A DNA stretch of 61,147 bases, the filler included, from Sphacelaria rigidula (taxonomy: Eukaryota): NCBI GenBank assembly GCA_964200075.2. It is 5 parts of 5 records of this genome, joined end to end, with 100 filler letters (N's around TTAATTAATTAA, not from the genome) between each part and the next. Parts side by side here need not be neighbours in the genome. Positions count along the whole stretch, not along the records: positions 49,001 to 61,147 come from CAXNAA020004079.1; 4 more parts are not named here. One strand, given 5' to 3'. Shown here in pieces: positions 52,176-61,147 of this stretch. Position numbers and translations under genes: made by a program. Numbering within the stretch: the first letter of the stretch is position 1; each line of letters begins with the position of its first letter. Below the pieces are notes generated by a model. It was given only the letters and a program-made list of their open reading frames with translations, did not search any database and was not told the origin of the DNA.

Positions 52176-52926
52176 GCGCGCGCCTCCCTTTTGAAGAAAT
52201 GTATTTGTTTTCTTGCCATCAGTCACTCAGCAAGAAATCGAAGATTATTAGACACCTATCTGGGTATACATACCGCAATAACACGCGGGGGATGTTCAAA
52301 CTTCACTCGTCATGTAGTCCCTTACTAAGCGTACCACCTCCCTTCCCCCTCCCGTCAGGGTTCCGCATTATGTGGGGCGTTTATGCCACCACGTGAACCG
52401 CAGAAAATTGAGCGATTCGATTGGTTGATGGGACGTCGCGCGTGGGATGATCCGCTACGAATACCCTACGCGTGCTCACAAAAAACAGACGTGCTCGGTG
52501 TAAGTCAGCGCAAACACTCGATGCCGGGCCCTCACAACGACCACTTGGACCCCCTGTGAGGATAGTACGGTACTGTCTATACTGTACCACTGTCAAGTAA
52601 TTCATGTGTGTATGCGGAACACAGAAGACTCGAACAGTCATACTGGAGTGAACGACAGATCCAGGTACACCTAGACGTACTTCCGCCACGGTGAGGTACA
52701 CGGTGTACCGGCAGCACAAGCCGGCCAGATTCCCAGGCGCGTGATTGGCCTAAACCTCCCCATCCCTGAAGGTGGCGGAAATCTCACCCGAATGTGACAG
52801 GCTTCAAAGAGCTGAAATACTATATTTCAGCCCATCCAGCAGTGGCAAAACTACGATGGCTGTATACGTTCGAGCTCTTCCCGCAGAGTCGAAAATAATG
52901 GTCGATTCTACAAACGAGATGTCGCC

Positions 52927-53858
52927 AACCCTAACCCTAAGACCCTAACCCTGGCCAAGACGAGAGAACCCTTGGGCACGGAGGGATGCACCGGGTATCC
53001 TAAGCAAAGTACGCGTTGCCAGAGCTCAAATCGGCGCCTGCGGCGCCGCTTTTGGACAAGAACGTGTTCTGCACGAGCTAGAAGCACTTGGGGCTGTCAG
53101 CCCCTCTAAAGATCCAGATATTGGTGTTCCCACTAAAATCAGGTTACACCCATTGTTTCCAACCATTTGGTACTATCCGTTGTGAGGTATACCCGCCGAA
53201 GAAAACGACATTTGTTTCGATCTCCGAACGAAGCCCCGCTCTTGGAGGCGGAGGTCCGGCAAGCGAGTTGGCCCGGGACGAATAACCCATGCATGCGGAA
53301 GACGTGACGCAGCGAGTGCCAACAAAGAAGACTCGTCTCAGGCCCTGTTTTTTTTCTCCTATTTTTGCCAATCATGCCACCTGTTTTTATGGTCGTTTTC
53401 AAGGGTAGGTCGAGTAGAGTATACTCAATTGCGGGGTATCTTGATAGTCGTACTTGAAGTACACGAATTGGGGGTAGGGTTTCAGGGATCGCTTTCCAGT
53501 TATATTTTGGGCACAACTCCCAACACTCTACCCTAATTTGAGTACCCCAAGTACGTCTCTCAAAATACCCCGCATTTGAGTATACTCTACTCGACCTGCC
53601 CTTGGTCGTTTTTTGTCAATTATGCCACCAAGGAGGTAGATTCTGCTACTAGGTTGAGCTCCATTGGGTTGCAGACCTAGTTACCCAGACCTCCTCAGTG
53701 CTTACTGCCATAATGATTTCGCGACTGCTGATACATTGCTACAGTACTGCGATTCCCTCTAAAGTGTGGTCTTCCCAGCTACTGTCCATCGACCAACCTC
53801 CGAGCTGATACGATACGGTATTGACGGCTCTTTTTTCTTTCCATCTACCCTACATACA

Positions 53859-53892
<34 letters not shown>

Positions 53893-54897
53893 AATATATA
53901 TATATATGTATCGATGCAGGCATCTAGCCATGCACCATGCGCCAGCGCTGCTTTCAGGCAACTATCACTATCAGACTACTATCACGTGCAACAGCACGAA
54001 TACATCGCAACTGACTCGAGATGGCTGTTTCGGTTGTACTTCAGGAACAAGGATGCCTCCGTCGTGTCGCCTGATGGCCGGCGACTAGTGTTCGCAATAA
54101 TACCACCTAAGCGGGAGCATGCGCGCCCGATCATGACCAAAGACGACTGAATCAATGGGATGAGCTGCCGACCATCAAACCGTGCTGGCAGGTCCCCCTT
54201 GTTGTCCGACCAGAACATCATGATAGCATACCTACTGTCAACATCCGCTGCGATCGTGTGGTGGCGCGAACATAAGTTAAAGAAAAAAAAAAACACGGGA
54301 ACGGTATCAAAATAGCTGGAAATATTTTTTTTGTCCCACCGGGCTCTGCTCCTAGCGGAGAGTTATGCTAGCGCTATCCCTAACGTTTCCCGCAATTACT
54401 CGCATCATGCCAATCTCCTACTTGGGTGTTTGAAAGAAATGTTTCCCGCACAGAAATCAGGACCTAAGTCATGCATGCCAGCGCACTGTAAGAGTCGTTC
54501 ATGCGAAAACCTTACGACCGACGACGGGCAAGCGATCGAGGCGGAAAAATAGGCGGTAAAGCAGCACTGACCAATAAAGCAGTCAGTGCTATTCTACCGC
54601 CTATTTCCCCGTCTTGATCGCTTGCCGTCCGATGCAGTAGACCTAGAGAAATGTTCGTACACAATGGTTGACAGGGATGACCTCTTGATTTTAGACTGAA
54701 GAAAGTTCTGAGAAAATTTATGGTTTTGGGCAGGTGAGCAGTAGACCCACCTCGTCCAGACCGTGTTTTTGTCGAAATCGGCGCCTGCGGCGTCGATTTG
54801 AGGTCTACCAACGCACACTTTGCCTAGAGGAGGCTGTGCACACCCCTTGCGTGAGGGTCTCATGCGCCTTGGGTCGGGGTCGAGGATAGGGTTAGTG
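52927..54897. repeat. Inverted pair of a dispersed repeat (~52927-53175 and ~54657-54897) starting with telomere-like (CCCTAA)n
   Basis: aaccctaaccctaagaccctaaccc...gcaaagt..gcgttg...ctcaaatcg.cgcc matches the reverse complement of 54750-54897. Confidence 0.7.
53400..53604. mobile_element. 205-bp hAT-like MITE with 8-bp TSD GTCGTTTT
   Basis: gtcgtttt|caagggtaggtcgagtagagtatactcaa...ttgagtatactctactcgacctgcccttg|gtcgtttt. Confidence 0.88.
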
Positions 54898-56495
54898 TTG
54901 CGCAAGACCCGCGTTGCCGTGCGTAACTTTTCTTTGCTGGCACTCATGGGTTATTTGAATACCCTGGACAAAAGATTAGCATTCTCAAGAAATTTACTGC
55001 GTAGCTGTTGTTGTTTGTTGTTGGCGTTGCTGGTGATGTTGTTTGTTGTTGTTGTCGTTGCTTCTTTATTCATTTCCTTTCTGTTTCTGTTGCTGCTATC
55101 GGTTTCTGTTTCTTTCCTTCTTTCCTTTTTCTTATTCTGTTTTTTTTTTCTGCTGCTTCTGACCACGCGCTGGATTGTTGCAATCAGCTGATGTGAGATA
55201 AGCGATCGATCAATCAATCAATCAATCAATCAATGAGTATGCCATTTAGTATGACAATAGATTCCATACTATACGCAGCACACTCCTTGACAACGTCATC
55301 TGCTTTCCGGGGTGTGGCTATTTGTCGCGGGCCAACTCGCTAGCTGAACATCCACCCGCCAGAGTCGGACTTCGTTCGTAGATCGGAACGCATGCCGCCT
55401 TTTCAGGCGTGTGTACCTTGCGGGAAGAGCTCGAAAGTGTGCGATAATTTCTATTTTGCCACTGTTGTAAGGGTTGAAATATGGGAGTTTAGCTCCTTGG
55501 AGTTCGCCACATTCAGGTACAATTTTCGCCACTGTTGGGTATACGTGGATGTGTCGTATGCCATTTGGGGAAAAAGACGAATGGTTCCGGTGTAGCCTGG
55601 CGCGTTTCCCGCCACATTCAGGTATGCGGCAGTTTCGACGAATCACGTGGCCGGAAATTTGGCCTGCTTGTGCTACCGGTACACTATGTATCTGGCTTTG
55701 GTGGTAGTATGTTTTCAGATATATCTGTACCTGTCGCTTGCCCTTCGTAGTGACGAGAAGAAGGGCGTGAACTATGATGCTTATGGTGGACTGCAAAAAT
55801 AGCACACCCTGGACAATTCATTATATTGACAACTGCGTACAGTATGGGATCTATTGTCTGTTGCAATAGGCGCGATAGTCGATACTGTACGCAGTACACT
55901 TTTTGACTGTGCATTTTATTGTCCAGGGTACGAAAAAAAGAAGAAGGCAAACACAATGTGCAGTGGTGGTAACGCCCCGTTGACTTCAACAGGGTTTGAG
56001 GGAGCTCCAGAGAGAGAACATCGTGAGGAAAAAAAAGGGGCAAACGAACCCGATGAAGGAGAGAAATGAGTACATTAAGTTTGACGGCGTGTCTAGAATA
56101 GTGCGTTGTTCGAGAATCCGTTCCTCCTAGACAACGTTGTACGATACAAGTCTGTCTGCGCTGTTGTGTTCAGTCGTGTCGATCTACTCGGCATGAGAAA
56201 ATTTCACGACTTATCTGTCTCCACTTGATTTTTGTCGAGAAAAAATTGCTTTCATGTGATCGACATGGAACCCCACCTCGGTTAGATCTCAGATGGTTCT
56301 GTGTGCCGTGCGCAAGCCGACGGAGACTCCTCCTACCTTTTTGTGCGTGTGGACGACTTTCTGGCAAGGATCGTACTGTTATGTATCCTGGTGTCTCATC
56401 CCCCCCCCCCCCCCCCACGCCCCCCCCCCCCTCCCCCCCCCCCCCCCCCCCCCCCCCCCGTCCACTCCACCTCCATCTCGCCTGCGCCACTGCAG

Positions 56496-56609
56496 GCTAG
56501 GCGTTTGCGTGTAGACCTGGTGCTGTACAGCGGAGGCCGTGATGCAAACAGCGAGGGACTAGGATGCGAAGATGCTGGAGTAGAGTTGGGACGCTATGGA
56601 CGTGTTAAG
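56496..56609 (+). CDS. Exon of a pyridine nucleotide-disulfide oxidoreductase family flavoprotein, soluble transhydrogenase (SthA/UdhA)-like
   Basis: tgcag| ARRLRVDLVLYSGGRDANSEGLGCEDAGVELGRYGRVK |gtgtgt; 114 nt, phase 0. Matches the family segment D-x-V/L-L-x-x-x-G-R-x-x-N...L-x-x-x-G. Confidence 0.85.
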
Positions 56610-56942
56610 GTGTGTAGCGTGTGGTTTTGGAGAGAAGATGCTGGTGTAGAGTGGGCGGCGCTTTGGGCGTATCGAGGTGTCCAGCCCGTGTTTTTGGAGA
56701 GTGTCGAAAACTAGACGGGATACAATCTGTGTGTGATGGCCACGTATTCTTTCAAATCCGAATCTTTAGAACATGCAGTTACGTTTTTTGAGTGGACTAT
56801 GTATTGAAAGTTGGGTGGTACCTGGCCGTATAGCAGGAGAGATAGGAAAGGAGGCAGTGCTGGGAGTTTCAACTTGATCCGCCATAGGGCCTAAATCATG
56901 ATCACACAAATCGAAGGATAGTCTTGTTGTTGTTGTTGTTGT

Positions 56943-56977
<35 letters not shown>

Positions 56978-58112
56978 GCTACTGGTGTTGTTTTGATTCT
57001 CAAGGCGCTTGTAACCGTAGCCTCTCGCGCACTCGCGCAGTCGTGGACTTCAAAATCTCTTGCAACCAACAAAAACCACATACCGTAGCAGACAGGTTCA
57101 ACGGTGTGCTCACTTCCCGTGGCGATGGTGTCCCGCGATCTTGAAGGTATTTACCTCTTTTTTTTTTTGTGTGCAATTTCTGAGCGGGGTGGTGCTTGTC
57201 TCCATGAAGTCTTGTTGGTGTGCTGCTGCATGCACCCTTTCTACTACTCAAGTTTTCATTGTTGAGCGATTTCTTTTTCTTGTGATTTCGTACGCCTTGA
57301 GTACACGAATATATCATGACCGCAGACCTTCGGGTTCGTGATGCAGCAGATCAGTTCGTGTGACCTCATAAAAATCAATGAAAATAAACGAATACTAGTA
57401 CCAAGCGTCGCCTATCGTTTGCAAGCAGTGTACAATTTACAACAAGCCGTCCCGCGGTAGGGCGGAGAGAAAAAGACACCATATTACATTTTCGTACATC
57501 AGCATCCATCTAGGAAATGAATATCCCTCATGTGGGATATCCATCTCGAATGCGAGATTGATCTGGGATATCTGTATGCCTATATTATTCCTCAGGGTGA
57601 GGGGTTGATATTAGTTATATCGGGCGTATATTCATATCCCAGGTGGGCATCCATCTGGTATATTTCAGGTGAAGATCCTGGAAGGCCATCCCAAATAGAT
57701 ATGATATCCCGGATGTAAATCCCAGGTGGATTTGTTGGAGAAATACGATATTTCAGATCGAGGTTGTACGATCATGCAGGCCTCCCGGAGGAGGGCGATG
57801 TTTTGATCAAATTAATGCTCGAATATTGCTACTTTTGAGGCGTTCCTCGAGGCCGTCCGGAACGATGAGAACGATCTTTACATGGGTCGATTTTCGGGGA
57901 CGCGTTGGCAGCTTTGACGACCCCTTCACCCGCACTAAATCTGCTCGCACGTAACCGTGTTGCTGTACATCACATCTGGGGGGGCCGGATGTCTCCCGTC
58001 GCAATGTACACTCACTCTTACCCGTGAGATGATTCAACAACATAACCCCCCTTGTCCCCTCACCCCACCCCATTCGCATCTCCCGTCCGCTGAAAACATG
58101 CCCATGAGAAAG

Positions 58113-58203
58113 GTGGACGGCGGGTTTCGAACGACTAACCCTCGAGTGTTCGCGGTGGGCGATGTGGTAGGTCCGCCGGGTCTTGCTTCCTCTGCTCAAA
58201 TGG
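58113..58203 (+). CDS. Next exon of the same SthA-like flavoprotein
   Basis: aag| VDGGFRTTNPRVFAVGDVVGPPGLASSAQM-G |gtgcgt. Joins the previous exon in frame and carries the FAD-binding T-x-x-x-x-V-F-A-V-G-D motif. Confidence 0.88.
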
Positions 58204-59819
58204 GTGCGTGACCTTGTAACACATGATACGTGCGTACTCATCCTGAAATATCCTTCAACACATACAGAGATTGCAAGGGTAGGATTAATTGATGATTCCT
58301 CCGGAAATCACTGGATTTTGGTGTAATTGATTCGTACCGTACGAAGCAATCCCCGGGGTTTGTTTTCAGCGTCGCAACCCAGGTACGCGCAGCCCAGGCA
58401 CGTGGAATGGCGCAAAAATTGCGTGGAGACCTTTTTGACCAGCGTTTTTTTCTTCTTTTTTTATATTTCTCGAGCAATCAAGCCTAAGAAATCATGGATT
58501 TGGTGATTCGAAGCGGCGATGATTCGTCCGGACCGTGAAACATTGCCCGATGTATGATCACGGTCGAGGTGGGTGTGGGCGTTATGGGTGAGCGGAAGTG
58601 CAGTTGCCCGTGTTGATCGAATCAAATCCTTTTGGAAATCGGGGACTCCTCTCACGGAAGTAAGCCTCTTTGGAGAAGGTGGTATCGGTCTTGAATGATT
58701 CTTCTATCGTGTGTTATGTGGAGAGCACGATCCTGATGTTCCTTGTGTTCCATGATTCCGGACCCCTAGATAATGTCCGCGAGATGCCATTCCCCACGAC
58801 TAGTAGCTTGCTAGCTGACTGGTTCCTTAGGAGGGAGACCCACTCTCTCCAGAACAAGCAACCAGCGCGTGCTCCACACTGTCCCCACAAAGCTGAATTG
58901 TACAGCTAGATCACCGACGCGACGACAGTGCCAGCCAGTCGTTCGTGGGAGCATAATTTTCTCCACCAGTTCGACGACAAATTGTGAGAAGGCGACATAT
59001 ATCTAGTGGTTTGCATTTGCGTGTACGTTAACAGGATTATTGCAGCCACTCGAGTTCGGCGAGATGCACTTGAGTTTATGATAATCCGTGTGTGCCAGGT
59101 CGATATCGTTCAGTGATTGTGAATATAACGATGCCAGTGCTTGAAGCCGTCCATGGGCAGGATCAATGGGCACATGGGTACCTGGAGGGTTCATCGCGCA
59201 AGAGTTTTTTTTCTGATCTTGTGCGTACCCTTTATTTTTTGTCGCTGTCGAGAAAGAAACGTCATTTTTTGGGGGGATATAAGGCCTCGTTTCACCATTT
59301 TTTCCCGTAGTAACACGCAAGCAGTCGCTAACGCCAGACCGTTCAGGCCGGAGCCTTGTGAGAGCCATTTGTTACGTTGAACGGCCCGCCACGTTCTTTG
59401 TACATGGCCGAGATAAGAACGATATACTTCACAGCGGCTGCGCCTCGTCTTTTTCGCTGCATGGGCTGTCTGTTTTTTTTTCGTGCGTATTTCGTTGTTG
59501 TCTACGAGGGGCGTATCGGTAATGTGTCATGGTCCAGTGTATGCCATACTCCATACGCTGCGTTCTTAGTCGCATCTACCTCTCCAATGGAATGGCAAGG
59601 CCACGACGTTTTCCATAAAAATCACCCGTCTTGTCTGTTTCATACTCCAGAGTGTGTATACAGTGTCGCACCTGAATTAGCTTCACGTTCTTCACCACCC
59701 CCGAGAGCGCGACACGATGGATTCAGAAGACTTGATGTACCCTACAACCATAGTCATACTGACGTGAACGTGAACCTGAACCCGTGGAAACCTGAAAAGA
59801 TACCTCCTCCGAGAGCTTT

Positions 59820-59918
59820 AGTCTCTATTTGGAGTAGGAACGGTGCTCTGTCTCGAAAAGGATGCGTGGTCAATGGTCAAGCGACTAAGGCAAGCAACAA
59901 ATGAGTCCGCCGCCCCTC
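59820..59918 (+). mobile_element. LINE family A 3' tail fragment
   Basis: ggagtaggaacggtgct...gatgcgtggtcaatggtcaagcgactaaggcaagcaacaaatgagtccgcc; TSD-like cctccgagagct/cctccaagggct. Confidence 0.85.
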
Positions 59919-61147
59919 CAAGGGCTCTGGCTCAATCTACCTGTCACCGCACACAAACGACGTGTATATTTTCGTAAAAGCTGGCACGAAAGATTACATG
60001 TTTTGCACAAACGCAATGGTCATTTTTTGTTCTGGTATCTGAGACACGATCACACAGAACTAACTCACTGTGTGCTGCCGAACGTATATTCCCACTATAA
60101 TACACTATCATGGCTTGCTAGCAGCGATCGCTCGAGGCCAAGTCTGTGCTCATAGCGTCACACGATAATGCGATTTCATCTGGTCGTAGCCTCATTTTTA
60201 TCATCAGTTTTCGTTTGCGGCGACGGTGAATCTCGTCAGGAGTTGGTGCACTGGTAGTGATGCGTCTCAGCTATTTGCAGCTAGTGATGTGTGTCTCATG
60301 GAGAGCCGTGCTGTGTCGACAGACAAGAGATACTGTATCGGCAACTCTGTGCCGGGTGTTTCAAGTGTAGACTATGCGGTCGAAGCGCTCACTGCAAGCA
60401 AGATAATAATCGCGGAACGTGGCTGTTGCTAACGGATCCAAGCTCTCTGGGGCTCGTACTACTCTGAACTTCAAAAATACTTCCTGTGTGTTATACATGA
60501 GGCAGTTTTACCGCGTGATTTGCGCACTTGTTCCAACGTTGCACTCTGTCGAACTTTCATGCTCGCAAGCCCGCCATGCTCTGCATAGTGTTGGATACGG
60601 GCTGCGTACTAAAGCTGCGTTAAGTACACTTTGATGCCCTGATATTTGTAAGTTTGTCGAGATATTGTTGCGTTGGTTCGCCTGTGTTCCGGATCAAACT
60701 CCCCCCGAACCTGTTGCAATGGGTTACCGATGATCCATAGCTCGCGTGCATAACTTCCTCGATCCGATAGACCCTGTAGAGCAGAAGATCTCGGCACTCC
60801 ATGTCAACACAGGACCTACCAGGAAATCGACACCACACACACATCCGGTCAAGCAAAACGCGATTTTCAAGCTGATTTTCAATGCGTTATCGATCTCCAA
60901 ACAAGGTGTTTAGTTGAGGAGGGTTGGGGGAAAACCCGCTCAACCTTTTTCAATAAAACGCTCATGATCTCACGATCATTGACCTCGCCTTTTCGACGTA
61001 TATTTAGAACGCGAAATCGTACGAGAGCAGCGACCCCTCGCAACACCATGAACCTCATCCATGCGCGCACGCGGAGGGGGGGGTGTACTCATGATCTTGC
61101 ATGTCGTTGTCAGAAGATCATTGGCCTCGCATCCCTGCACAACCGGG

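Noticed and set aside
52927-52952. True telomere or chromosome end
   Set aside because: Only 3-4 imperfect units, internal, and part of a dispersed repeat.
17362-58203. Joining the MAFATALRSGVAR exon to the SthA-like exons as one gene
   Set aside because: They are separated by three artificial linkers and no intervening exons were recognised.

Overview
Eukaryotic, repeat-dense, intron-rich DNA. It most resembles a brown alga (Phaeophyceae), inferred from the long introns, TTAGGG-type motifs and style of repeats; this is not proven. The window is not one locus. It is five ~12.15-kb segments joined by identical 100-nt N/TTAATTAATTAA linkers spaced exactly 12,250 bp apart, so nothing should be linked across them. 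Most of the sequence is decayed mobile DNA: two non-LTR retrotransposon families, a ~500-bp SINE-like element sharing the LINE 3' tail, tRNA-derived SINEs, an (AATC)n-tailed retroposon, several MITEs/foldbacks, a ~27-copy 43-bp hairpin array and large inverted repeats. Host genes appear only as scattered exons. The clearest are two spliced exons of a soluble pyridine-nucleotide transhydrogenase (SthA)-like flavoprotein and a head-to-head pair of probable first exons. The best candidate for an undescribed system is a LINE/SINE pair with a shared 3' stem-loop tail ending ATGAGTAC, followed by C-runs instead of poly(A), with apparent preference for C/G-tract targets. Most six-frame ORFs listed are spurious.
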